The position numbers and the translations under genes were made by a program. From Acidimicrobiales bacterium (lineage in GTDB: Bacteria; Actinomycetota; Acidimicrobiia; Acidimicrobiales; RAAP-2), in contig JBEKRV010000015.1 in assembly GCA_049517675.1 (NCBI GenBank), positions 4,148 to 68,147 of the forward strand: 64,000 nt of DNA. Direction: 5' to 3'. The notes beneath the pieces are model-generated. The model saw only the letters and a program-made list of their open reading frames with translations, was not told where the DNA came from and ran no database searches. This document shows, one piece after another, positions 19,592 to 30,895 of the stretch (position 1 is its first letter; every line of letters starts with the position of its first letter).

Positions 19592-19681
19592 CATGTGCCA
19601 ATTCCCATCCCTTCACCGACCGACCAGGAGGACCGGCCACCGATTGCAGTAACCGATCAACGATGCCGAGGAGGCGTAACA

Positions 19682-20044
19682 GTGGACGTGGTAATCACGA
19701 ATGGTAGGAAGATCGTGTCCGACGAGGTACGAGCCCTGACCGAGGAGAAGGTCCGTCATGTCGGCCTTCACTGTCCCGGATTGGAACGTGCCGAGGTCCA
19801 CTTCACGGAGGAGCGCAACCCGAGGATCGCCGACCGGGAGTGCTGCGAGGTGGTGATGTCCGGCCATGGGCGCACCATCCGGGCCAAGGCAGCCGGCCAG
19901 GCCCCACTGATCGCCGTCGACCTCGTGGTCGACAAGCTGGAGCACCAGATCGAGCGCACCAAGGGGCGCATCGTCGGCCGCTCACAGCCCCGTCACCGCC
20001 TGGCCCCGACGGAGACCCTCTACCGAAGGGTCCGCACCGCCTGA
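19682..20044 (+). CDS. hpf: Ribosome hibernation promoting factor / RaiA (short form)
   Basis: GTG at 19682 with GAGGAGG 8 nt upstream. The 120-aa product reads VDVVITNGRKIVSDEVRALTEEKVRHV...AEVHFTEERNPR...GRTIRAKA...PLIAVDLVVDKLEHQIERTKGR. It lies immediately upstream of secA, as in other Actinomycetota. Confidence 0.85.
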   Translation: MDVVITNGRKIVSDEVRALTEEKVRHVGLHCPGLERAEVHFTEERNPRIADRECCEVVMSGHGRTIRAKAAGQAPLIAVDLVVDKLEHQIERTKGRIVGRSQPRHRLAPTETLYRRVRTA

Positions 20045-20054
20045 GCGCAGCGGC

Positions 20055-20097
20055 GCCCGCCCCCGGGGACTCCGACGCGAGATCACCGGGGGCGGGC
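20055..20097 (+). terminator. Hairpin downstream of hpf
   Basis: Perfect 12-bp arms GCCCGCCCCCGG / CCGGGGGCGGGC separated by 19 nt, 11 nt after the hpf stop. No U-tract. Confidence 0.35.
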
Positions 20098-20141
20098 GAC
20101 CGGTCACGCCGGCTCGGTGTTCCAGGGGAGGCCGCCGACAG

Positions 20142-20147
20142 TAGAGT
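20142..20147 (+). promoter_or_regulatory. -10-like box TAGAGT, 9 nt upstream of the secA ATG
   Basis: TAnnnT hexamer. No SD lies within 15 nt of the ATG at 20157. Confidence 0.3.
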
Positions 20148-20156
20148 GGATTCCCC

Positions 20157-22925
<2,769 letters not shown>

Positions 22926-22926
22926 G

Positions 22927-24084
22927 ATGGCGGGTGACAGTCCCCGCAAGGGGGACGGTGAGCCGGAAAGGGTCGACATCGCCGCGGCCCTGGACAGGCT
23001 GCGCGAGCGGCTGCGCGAAGCCCGGGGGTTCCTCGGGGCGGACGCATTGGCCGAGCGCCGGGCCGAGTTGGAGAAAGCGGCGTCGGAGCCCGACCTGTGG
23101 GATGACCCGGATCACGCCCGCGAGGTGACCACCGCGCTCGGTCGGGTCAACGAGGACCTCGAACTGCTGGCCTCGCTCTCCGGGCGCCTGTCCGATGTCG
23201 AGACGCTCGACGAGCTCATGCAGGAGGAGGACGACGAGTCGCTCCGGTCCGAGGCGGAGGAGGGCATCGCCGACCTCGACCGCACCCTCGGGGCACTCGA
23301 GCTCCGTGCGCTGTTCGCCGGCGAGTACGACGACGGCGACGCCGTGGCCGAGATCCACGCCGGCGCGGGCGGCACCGATGCGCAGGACTGGGCCGAGATG
23401 ATGCTCCGGATGTACACGCGTTGGGCCGAACGCCGGGGATTCTCCATCGAGGTGGAGGAGGCGACACCGGGACAGGAGGCCGGGTTGATGTCCGCCACGT
23501 TCATCGTCCGGGGCCGGTACGCGTTCGGCCTCCTGGCCGCCGAGCGCGGCGTGCACCGGCTGGTCCGCATCTCGCCGTTCGATGCCCAGCACCGCCGCCA
23601 GACCAGCTTCGCCTCGCTCGACGTGGTTCCGTTCCTGGAGGACCTCTCCGGCGAGGTCGAGATCGACGAGAAGGATCTTCGCATCGACACCTACCGCTCG
23701 TCGGGGGCCGGGGGCCAGCACGTGAACAAGACCGACTCGGCCGTCCGGATCACCCACCTCCCGACCGGCATCGTGGTGACGTGCCAGAACCAGCGCAGTC
23801 AGACCCAGAACAAGGCCCGGGCCATGCTGGTCCTCGGGGCCAAGCTGGCCGAACGGCAGCGGGCGGAGCACCAGGCCACGCTCGACCAGTTGGCTGGTGA
23901 CCGCACCGACAACGCCTGGGGGAACCAGATCCGTTCGTACGTGATGGCGCCGTACCAATTGGTGAAGGACCTGCGGACGAATGCGGAGACCGGCAACGTC
24001 GAAGCGGTGCTCGACGGCGACCTCGACATGCTTATCGAGGCGGAGCTGCGGCGCCGAGCCGAGCTGCGACGCGACCAGGGCTGA
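22927..24084 (+). CDS. prfB: Peptide chain release factor 2
   Basis: ATG at 22927, 1 nt after the secA stop, giving 385 aa. It has the SPF motif (RISPFDAQHRRQTSFA) and the GGQ motif (SGAGGQHVNKTDSAVRITH). It is a single uninterrupted frame. Confidence 0.95.
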   Translation: MAGDSPRKGDGEPERVDIAAALDRLRERLREARGFLGADALAERRAELEKAASEPDLWDDPDHAREVTTALGRVNEDLELLASLSGRLSDVETLDELMQEEDDESLRSEAEEGIADLDRTLGALELRALFAGEYDDGDAVAEIHAGAGGTDAQDWAEMMLRMYTRWAERRGFSIEVEEATPGQEAGLMSATFIVRGRYAFGLLAAERGVHRLVRISPFDAQHRRQTSFASLDVVPFLEDLSGEVEIDEKDLRIDTYRSSGAGGQHVNKTDSAVRITHLPTGIVVTCQNQRSQTQNKARAMLVLGAKLAERQRAEHQATLDQLAGDRTDNAWGNQIRSYVMAPYQLVKDLRTNAETGNVEAVLDGDLDMLIEAELRRRAELRRDQG

Positions 24085-24138
24085 CGACGGGCGGGCGTCG
24101 ACGGGACCGCAGTCGGTGCCGTCATCCGTGTCGAGGGA

Positions 24139-24160
24139 GGTCAGGGGGGCTGACCCCTTT
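24139..24160 (+). terminator. Intrinsic terminator candidate after prfB
   Basis: GGTCAG-GGGGG-CTGACC followed by CCTTTGTG, 55 nt after the prfB stop. Confidence 0.4.
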
Positions 24161-24271
24161 GTGCGACACCCCCGGGTAAGATGAACCGGCGGGCGACCCG
24201 CGCCTGACCCGACGTATCCCCCTCACCGCAGTTTCCCGTAGCACCAAGCAACGCCGAATCACCTCCGCTCC

Positions 24272-25063
24272 ATGATCAAATTCCAGAACGTCACCAAGAC
24301 GTACAAGGGATCCACGGTCGCACTCAGTGACTGCACCGTCGAGATCGACAAAGGTGAGTTCGTGTTCCTCGTCGGCCCGTCCGGCTCGGGGAAGACGACG
24401 TTCATCCGGCTGCTGCTACGCGAGGAGATGCCCGACTCCGGACGCATCTGGGAGGCCGGCAAGGAGATCGGGCACCTGCCCAAGTGGCGTATCCCGTACC
24501 TGCGCCGGAACATCGGCTGCGTGTTCCAGGACTTCCGGCTGCTCCCCAACAAGACCGTCTTCGAGAACGTCGCGTTCGCCCTGGAGGTCATCGGTCGGCC
24601 GAAGCACGTGATCGCCGCCCAGGTCCCACAGGTGCTCGACCTGGTGGGCCTGGCCAAGAAGCGGGACAACCTGCCGGGCGAGCTCTCCGGCGGTGAGCAG
24701 CAGCGCGTGGCCGTGGCCCGGGCCTTCGTCAACCGTCCGTTGATACTCCTGGCCGACGAGCCGACCGGCAACCTCGATCCCACGACCAGTCTCGGCATCA
24801 TGCGCCTGCTGGACCGGATCAATCGCACCGGGACCACCGTGATCATCGCCACCCACGACGCCGGCATGGTGAACCAGATGCGCCGCCGCGTCATCGAGCT
24901 CGACCGGGGCATCCTGGTGCGCGACCAGGCCCACGGGGTGTACGACATCGACAGCGCCACCGTGGCGGGCGGGGCCGGAATGCCCACCGGATCGCTCGTG
25001 GACCAGATGCCCACCGCCGACTCCGAATTCGAGGTGCCCGGCACCTTCCTGGCCCGACCCTGA
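24272..25063 (+). CDS. ftsE: Cell division ATP-binding protein FtsE
   Basis: 263 aa starting [13 protein letters not shown]. It has Walker [10 protein letters not shown], signature [14 protein letters not shown] and Walker [11 protein letters not shown]-terminal extension of about 35 aa lies beyond the ABC core. Confidence 0.93.
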   Translation: MIKFQNVTKTYKGSTVALSDCTVEIDKGEFVFLVGPSGSGKTTFIRLLLREEMPDSGRIWEAGKEIGHLPKWRIPYLRRNIGCVFQDFRLLPNKTVFENVAFALEVIGRPKHVIAAQVPQVLDLVGLAKKRDNLPGELSGGEQQRVAVARAFVNRPLILLADEPTGNLDPTTSLGIMRLLDRINRTGTTVIIATHDAGMVNQMRRRVIELDRGILVRDQAHGVYDIDSATVAGGAGMPTGSLVDQMPTADSEFEVPGTFLARP

Positions 25064-25953
25064 TGCCCGTTTCCCCGGCGTACGTCTCGAAGGAGGCCGT
25101 CACCAACCTGTGGCGGAACCGCCTGATGACGGCGGCAGCGATCCTGACCGTCGCCGTGTCGCTCGCCCTCGTCGGCTCGGCGCTGCTGTTGAAGCAGGGT
25201 GCGAACAAGGCGACCGAGCTGTGGCAGAACGGCGTCCAGACCATCGTCTGGGTCCAGCCGACCGCGGGCAGGGCCCAGACGAACGCCATCGGTTCCGAGC
25301 TGCACCAGTCGGTCTACGTGAAGACGTGCACCTACCGGTCACAGGCCTACGACTACAACGAGGCGAAGCACGTCCTTCCCGTCGACGAACTGGACGTCAC
25401 CACCCAGTCCGAGTATCCGGCGTCGTTCCGGTGCGAGCTCACCAACCCGTCCCAGGCGCCCGCCCTGTACCTGGCCTTCTACGGCAAACCGGGGGTCTAC
25501 GACGTCAAGTACCCCGGTCAGCAGATCAAGACGATGCAGAGCGTCATCCGGGTCCTCCAATGGGTGTTCCTGACGGTGGCGGTGGTCCTGCTCCTGTCCG
25601 CGTCGGTACTCATCCTCAACACCATCCGGATGGCCATCTTCGCCCGACGTCGCGAGGTCTCGGTGATGAAGCTGGTCGGTGCCACCAACTGGTTCATCCG
25701 TCTGCCGTTCATGGCCGAGGGGATGATCCAGGGTCTACTCGGGGCCGGGGTCGCGGTCCTGGTCGTCCTGGCCCTCTACTGGGGGACCGGTCTGGACCAG
25801 GGGAGCACGGCGGCCGACGCGAACAGCATCATCCACCAGATGTCGTTGAGCGGGTGGGAGGTCTTCGGGACCTGCCTCCTCGTGTCGGCGGTCGGTGTCG
25901 GTGTCGGTGTGGTCGGGTCGGCGTTCGCCGTCCGTCGCTTCCTCGACGTCTGA
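25063..25953 (+). CDS. ftsX: Cell division permease FtsX
   Basis: The ATG overlaps the ftsE stop (TGATG). It starts EAVTNLWRNRLMTAAAILTVAVSLAL, then has an extracytoplasmic loop and three C-terminal TM helices (296 aa). Confidence 0.9.
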   Translation: MPVSPAYVSKEAVTNLWRNRLMTAAAILTVAVSLALVGSALLLKQGANKATELWQNGVQTIVWVQPTAGRAQTNAIGSELHQSVYVKTCTYRSQAYDYNEAKHVLPVDELDVTTQSEYPASFRCELTNPSQAPALYLAFYGKPGVYDVKYPGQQIKTMQSVIRVLQWVFLTVAVVLLLSASVLILNTIRMAIFARRREVSVMKLVGATNWFIRLPFMAEGMIQGLLGAGVAVLVVLALYWGTGLDQGSTAADANSIIHQMSLSGWEVFGTCLLVSAVGVGVGVVGSAFAVRRFLDV

Positions 25954-25969
25954 CCGCGATCGTCCCGTC

Positions 25970-27274
25970 TCAGGTGGTTCGGGAGAGCCCCAGTCCCGGC
26001 CTGGTGCAGGAGTCGATCGTCGGCCCGCCGCCGAACCTGTCCTGGATCCACCGTTCGATGAGCCCCGATGAGATCCCCATGACCTGGCTGTGCCCGGCTC
26101 CCTGGTCGGTCACGTACTCCACGTCGTCGTACTGACTGCGGCACAGGCTCTGCTTGATGAACTCGGTCGTCTCGCCGAAGGGGACCACCTCGTCCGCAGT
26201 GCCCTGGACCACCAGGATCGGGGCCGAGGTCGGGGTCCCACCGGGGCGGTTGGCGCGGTTGGCGGCCTGGACGGCGGGGACCTGCTCCCAACCGGGGAGG
26301 AAGAAGTGGGCCGGAGGCACGGCGTCGTACAACGAGGCCACGCCGTCGACGCACGAGGAGGACACGGCGCCGAGGTCGGCCAGGCCGGCCGGAGTGAGCA
26401 CGGTCCGGAGGCCGAACGTCCGGTAGTGGCGGGCCCAGGCGAAGAGGACCATGGCGGTGAAGGCCGACTGGCCCGAGGGGGGCGGCAGGTCCCCCGACGG
26501 CGCCAACTCGAGTACCGACGTGACCGGGGCCACGGCGGCAACGCCGGCGACGTAGAGATCGGGGGCGTACGACGGTGCGATCTCCCCGGCGAAGAGTGCG
26601 GCCTGGCCTCCTTGTGAGTACCCGAGGATCACCACGTCGTCCGATGCGTCGCTGCCGACCAGCGCCCGTGCCGCCCGTGCTGCGTCGAGTACGTCCTCGC
26701 CCTCGCTGTCGCCGACGAGATAGGGATGGAGGCCCGGGGCCCCCAACCCGCGGTAGTCGGTGGCCACGACGATGTCCCGATCGTGGATGAGGCCGGCCAG
26801 ATCGGGCAGGGTCGCGGTCCCCTCCAGGGACGGTGCGCAACCCGACGCCACCCCGGTGGTCCCGTGGGCCCAGCTGACGACGGGGAATCCGCCGGGCGGA
26901 GGGGTACCGCCGGGAACGACGGCGATCCCGGACTCGGCCAGGTCGCCGCCCGATCCCGATGTGGAGTGGTACAGGATCCGGTAGGCCCTGGTGCCAGAGG
27001 GGAGACCCGACCCGGCGGGGATCTGCTGGGTGCGGATGACGGAGCCGGCGGGGGCGTAGGGGAGCGGGTCCGGCGGTCGGTAGAACGAGGCGAGTGCTCC
27101 GGTGACCGAGGCGTCGGTCCCGTCGACCGCGGTGGTGGGCGGGGCCGGGGTGCCGGCGGAGGCCGCGGCAGGGGCGGCGAGTGCTCCTCCGAAGCAGGTC
27201 ACCGCGGCGAGCGCGACGGCGAGGGAGCGGGCCCGCTTCGACAGCGCGGCGACACGTGCGCGGAGAGGGGCCAT
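25970..27274 (-). CDS. Secreted lipase (LIP/secretory lipase family alpha/beta hydrolase)
   Basis: 434 aa. The signal peptide ends AAPAAASA. The nucleophile elbow is ILGYSQGGQAALFAGE. Confidence 0.75.
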   Translation of the reverse strand: MAPLRARVAALSKRARSLAVALAAVTCFGGALAAPAAASAGTPAPPTTAVDGTDASVTGALASFYRPPDPLPYAPAGSVIRTQQIPAGSGLPSGTRAYRILYHSTSGSGGDLAESGIAVVPGGTPPPGGFPVVSWAHGTTGVASGCAPSLEGTATLPDLAGLIHDRDIVVATDYRGLGAPGLHPYLVGDSEGEDVLDAARAARALVGSDASDDVVILGYSQGGQAALFAGEIAPSYAPDLYVAGVAAVAPVTSVLELAPSGDLPPPSGQSAFTAMVLFAWARHYRTFGLRTVLTPAGLADLGAVSSSCVDGVASLYDAVPPAHFFLPGWEQVPAVQAANRANRPGGTPTSAPILVVQGTADEVVPFGETTEFIKQSLCRSQYDDVEYVTDQGAGHSQVMGISSGLIERWIQDRFGGGPTIDSCTRPGLGLSRTT

Positions 27275-27317
27275 GGCCGTTCCACAGTAGCCAGACCGGA
27301 CTGCGGGCGTCGTCCTC

Positions 27318-27323
27318 TACGCT
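27318..27323 (+). promoter_or_regulatory. -10-like box TACGCT, 9 nt upstream of the ATG at 27333
   Basis: The context CTACGCTGG is identical to the box upstream of the acyl-CoA dehydrogenase gene. No SD. Confidence 0.3.
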
Positions 27324-27332
27324 GGTCGGGAC

Positions 27333-28223
27333 ATGGACGCTCTCGCATCGGTGGCCGACTGGCCGGTGGACTCGGCGGCTGTCGGCGTCGTGCGGATCGA
27401 CCGGGACGGTCCCGAACGACTGTCGGCGGTCGGCGACGTGGAACGTCGCTACCCGTGGGCTTCGGTGACCAAGCCGGCCACCGCGTTGGCCGTCCTGGTG
27501 GCCGTCGAGGAGGGCACCCTGGCACTGGACGAACCGGCCGGTCCGGCAGGTTCGACGGTCCGGCACCTCCTGGCCCACGCATCGGGGCTCGGGCCCGAGC
27601 CCGGGCCGCCGACCGAGCCCCCCGGCACCCGGCGGATCTATTCGAACGCCGGCTACGTGGAGCTTGCGACCGTGCTCGCGGCTCGTGCCGGCATGCCGTT
27701 CGCCGACTACCTCGCCGAGGCGGTCCTCCGCCCGCTCGGCATGTCCGGCACGACCCTGATGAACCCGACGGCCGGTGCCGCCGCGGCCGGTCTGCTCGGG
27801 CCTCTCACGGACCTGGTGTCCCTCGGTTGCGAGTGGGCCCGCCCCACGCTCGTCGCCGGCACGACCTGGAGGGATGCCACCTCGGTCCAGTTCCCGGGGC
27901 TCGCCGGGGTGCTCCCCGGCTTCGGCCCATTCGACCCGTGCGACTGGGGACTGGGGGTCGAGATACGGGGCGCCAAGTTCCCGCACTGGACGGGCGCCGA
28001 CAACTCGCCGGCCACCTTCGGACACTTCGGCCAGACGGGATCGTTCCTGTGGGTGGACCCGGTGGCGGGGGTGCTGTGCGCCGGCCTGGCCGACCGCCGG
28101 TTCGGGGTGTGGGCGTCACGAGCCTGGCCGGCCCTGGCCGACGCCGTACTGGCCGAGGCCGCCCTGTCCGCACCGGGTGCGGTCGCGGGCGGGCCACCGC
28201 ACGGTGGCGACGGCCACGTCTAG
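27333..28223 (+). CDS. Serine hydrolase (beta-lactamase/DD-peptidase family)
   Basis: 296 aa with SxxK (WASVTKPATA) and YxN (IYSNAGY) motifs. Confidence 0.8.
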   Translation: MDALASVADWPVDSAAVGVVRIDRDGPERLSAVGDVERRYPWASVTKPATALAVLVAVEEGTLALDEPAGPAGSTVRHLLAHASGLGPEPGPPTEPPGTRRIYSNAGYVELATVLAARAGMPFADYLAEAVLRPLGMSGTTLMNPTAGAAAAGLLGPLTDLVSLGCEWARPTLVAGTTWRDATSVQFPGLAGVLPGFGPFDPCDWGLGVEIRGAKFPHWTGADNSPATFGHFGQTGSFLWVDPVAGVLCAGLADRRFGVWASRAWPALADAVLAEAALSAPGAVAGGPPHGGDGHV

Positions 28224-28233
28224 GCTGCGCCGC

Positions 28234-28977
28234 ATGAAGGGTGTCCTCCTCGCCGGCGGTACCGGCTCGCGTCTCCATCCCCTGACCCGGATCACCAACA
28301 AGCACCTGCTGCCGATCTACGACCGACCGATGATCAACTGGGGCATCGAGGCCCTGGTCAACGCCGGTATCACCGAGATCATGCTGGTGACCGGAGGTAC
28401 CCACGCCGGTGAGTTCCTCCGGCTGCTCGGCAACGGGCACGAGTTCGGCATCGACCGCCTGAGCTACGGCTACCAGGACAGGCCGGGGGGGATCGCCGAG
28501 GCGCTCGGACTGGCGGCCCGGTTCGTCGACGGGGACCCGGTCCTGGTGATGCTCGCCGACAACATCGTCGAGAATTCGATCAGGCCGTTGGTGGAGGCCT
28601 TCCAGGCGGACCCCCGCGGGGCGCGGATCCTGCTCACCCCGGTGGACGAGGACGAGCACCTGCGCCACCTCGGCGTCCCCACCTTCGACGACGAGAACCG
28701 CATCGTGGGAATCGTGGAGAAGCCGGAGCACCCCGCCTCCAAATTCGGGGTCACCGGCATCTACTGCTACGACGCCGACGTCTTCGACGTGATCCCCGAC
28801 CTGGTCCCCTCCGGGCGGGGCGAGCTCGAGATCACCGACGTCAACAACCACTACATCGCCCAGGGGGCCATGGCCTACGACATCCTCGAGGGGTTCTGGG
28901 GCGACGCCGGCGAGTCGATCGACGCGTACTACACCGTGAACGACTTCGTCCGGAAGCACGGGGCCAACAAGGCCTGA
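28234..28977 (+). CDS. Sugar-phosphate nucleotidyltransferase (glucose-1-phosphate thymidylyltransferase-like, short form)
   Basis: In-frame ATG at 28234 within track ORF 27775-28977. It starts MKGVLLAGGTGSRLHPLTRITNKHLLPIYDRPMI and contains EKPEHPASKFGVTGIY (247 aa). Confidence 0.85.
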   Translation: MKGVLLAGGTGSRLHPLTRITNKHLLPIYDRPMINWGIEALVNAGITEIMLVTGGTHAGEFLRLLGNGHEFGIDRLSYGYQDRPGGIAEALGLAARFVDGDPVLVMLADNIVENSIRPLVEAFQADPRGARILLTPVDEDEHLRHLGVPTFDDENRIVGIVEKPEHPASKFGVTGIYCYDADVFDVIPDLVPSGRGELEITDVNNHYIAQGAMAYDILEGFWGDAGESIDAYYTVNDFVRKHGANKA

Positions 28978-29077
28978 GGCGGCTCCTGCCCGGGCGGTCC
29001 GGACCGGGAGCACCTCGGCCCGTACGGCACCGGGGCCCCGGAACCGTCCCCGTGCCGGTCCGGGCCGCGGCCACCCG

Positions 29078-30730
29078 TCAGTCGAGCGGGACGCCCAACC
29101 ACTCGGCGGTCTCGCTGCGGTGGCGTGCGTAGTCGACCTTGCCCGACGGCGACCGCCCGATGGTCTCGACGAATCGGACGCGGCGGGGCGCCTTGAAGCC
29201 GGCCAACCGCGCCTTCACGTGCCCGATGACCGCGTCGGGAGCGACCGAGCCCTCGGCGACCCCGGGCGACAGCTGCACGACGGCCACGATCTCCTCGCCG
29301 AAACGCTCGCTCGGGATGCCGACGACGACCGCGTCGAGCACGTCCGGGACGGTCTTGACCACCTCCTCGACCTCCTCGGGATAGACCTTCTCACCGCCGG
29401 TGTTGATGCACACCGAGCCGCGCCCGAGCAGGTGGATGGACCCGTCGGCGCGAACCTCGGCGAAGTCGCCGGGGACGGAGTAGCGGGTGCCGTCGATGGT
29501 CCGGAACGTGGCCGCCGACTTCGCCTCGTCCTTGTAGTAGCCGACCGGGATCCTGCCACCGAGGGCGAGCACCCCGATCCGGTCCGACCCCGGCCCGATG
29601 TCCCGTCCGTCGGCGTCGATGACCCGTACGTCGGGCCCGAGGGAGAACCGGGCCGTCTCGGCGGCCGCCTGGGCCGACGACACCGAGGAGCCCATCCCGA
29701 GGGCCTCCGACGAGGAGAACGCGTCGACGAGGAGCATGCCCGGGTGGTGGAGGAGGAGGCCCTGTTTGGACTGCTCACTCCACATCACCCCCGAGGAGAC
29801 GATGGCGACGAGGCTCGACAGGTCCCAGCGGCCCGGCTCGGCGTCGAGGGTGGCGAGGATCGGCTTGGCGAAGGCGTCGCCCACGATGACGAGGCCGTTC
29901 ACCGCCTGCCGTTCGATGGTGTCGAGCAACTCGGTCGGGTCGAACTGCCGCGAGGTCAGGGTCACGACGTGGCCACCCTCGCTCAGGCACTCCATGGCGG
30001 TGAACGCACCGGTCCCGTGCATGAGCGGGCAGGCGGGCAGGAGCGTCATGCCGGGCCCGCTCCGGGCCAACTCGGCCCGGACGTCGTCGATCCCGCCCTC
30101 GGGCGGATAGCGCCGGAAGCCGCTGCCGTTGAGCCGGGCGAACAGATCGTCCTGGCGCCACATGACGCCCTTCGGCATCCCGGTGGTCCCACCGGTGTAG
30201 AGCATGTGGAGGTCGTCCGGACTCCTTCCCCATGGCGCCCGGACCCGTTCGTGGCCGTCCGGCCCGAAGGCGCCGGTCGTCTCGGCGGCCTCCTCGAAGG
30301 GGACGGCCCAAGGCGGGCACGAGGCGGTCGCGTCGTCGACCCACAGCCAGCTGCGTATCCCGGGGACCCGGTCGCGGATGCCCTCGATCCGCTCGACGAA
30401 TGCCCCGTGGAAGACGACGGCGACGGTGTCGGCGTTCTCCCACAGGTAGACCAGTTCGTCGTCGGCGTAGCGGTAGTTGGTGTTGATGGGGACGAGGCCG
30501 ATCTTGTGGGCGGCGAAGGTGGACTCCAGGTACTCGGAGCAGTTGTAGAGGTACAGGGCGACCTTGTCCTGCTCGGCCGCGCCGGCCCCGAGCAGCCATC
30601 GGCCCACGTTGTCGGCCCGCTGGTCGAACTCGCGCCAGGTGCGGGTGTAGCTCCCGTGGACGAGGGCCGGCGCGTCCGGGATCTCGTCGGCCACCGTCTC
30701 CCACACGTCGGCGAAATTCCACTTGCTCAC
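29078..30730 (-). CDS. Acyl-CoA synthetase (AMP-dependent synthetase/ligase, FadD-like)
   Basis: 550 aa with the AMP-binding motif MLYTGGTTGMPKGVMW, GEKVYPEEVE and SGKVDY. Confidence 0.9.
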   Translation of the reverse strand: MSKWNFADVWETVADEIPDAPALVHGSYTRTWREFDQRADNVGRWLLGAGAAEQDKVALYLYNCSEYLESTFAAHKIGLVPINTNYRYADDELVYLWENADTVAVVFHGAFVERIEGIRDRVPGIRSWLWVDDATASCPPWAVPFEEAAETTGAFGPDGHERVRAPWGRSPDDLHMLYTGGTTGMPKGVMWRQDDLFARLNGSGFRRYPPEGGIDDVRAELARSGPGMTLLPACPLMHGTGAFTAMECLSEGGHVVTLTSRQFDPTELLDTIERQAVNGLVIVGDAFAKPILATLDAEPGRWDLSSLVAIVSSGVMWSEQSKQGLLLHHPGMLLVDAFSSSEALGMGSSVSSAQAAAETARFSLGPDVRVIDADGRDIGPGSDRIGVLALGGRIPVGYYKDEAKSAATFRTIDGTRYSVPGDFAEVRADGSIHLLGRGSVCINTGGEKVYPEEVEEVVKTVPDVLDAVVVGIPSERFGEEIVAVVQLSPGVAEGSVAPDAVIGHVKARLAGFKAPRRVRFVETIGRSPSGKVDYARHRSETAEWLGVPLD

Positions 30731-30882
30731 GTCGGTCTCCTCGTTCCCCCGGTCCGGAGCGGGTCCAACCCGTCCCCGAGACCATGCCGTCCCCTTCGAC
30801 CCATCCCGTCCCGCAACCGTCGGAGGCCGTCACCAGCGTACGGGCACGTCCCGACGGTGGGACCGCGGTGGTCGGTGCAGCC

Positions 30883-30888
30883 TACGCT
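30883..30888 (+). promoter_or_regulatory. -10-like box TACGCT, 7 nt upstream of the GTG at 30896
   Basis: TAnnnT hexamer in the context CTACGCTGG. No SD. Leaderless candidate. Confidence 0.3.
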
Positions 30889-30895
30889 GGCCCAC

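Noticed and set aside
19190-19680. tmRNA (ssrA), RNase P RNA or tRNA in the hpf-upstream gap
   Set aside because: I considered tmRNA for two reasons. GCAGGCAAAACGACCCACGTAAG resembles a tmRNA PK1 region as I remember it, and GCG GCT TAG GAG TAA looks like an ..AA-stop-stop tag end. However, there is no 5' GGGG acceptor strand, no T-arm GGxTTCGAxTCC, and no 3' ACCA. The implied tag would also be only about 7 aa. RNase P is excluded because GAGGAAAGUCC is absent. No cloverleaf is present.
22927-23100. Programmed +1 frameshift site in prfB
   Set aside because: I looked for an early in-frame TGA preceded by CTT and an internal SD. None is present, and the frame is continuous from ATG 22927.
25776-28025. 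749-aa minus-strand ORF spanning the lipase and hydrolase genes
   Set aside because: It lies in a different frame from the real lipase gene (25970-27274) and antisense to the serine hydrolase. Its composition is extreme in Arg/Pro/Gly.
29120-30895. N-terminal 590 aa of the 972-aa + strand ORF 29120-32038
   Set aside because: This part is antisense to the acyl-CoA synthetase gene and has no acyl-CoA dehydrogenase homology. Recognisable ACAD sequence begins only at GTG 30896, which has a -10 box just upstream.
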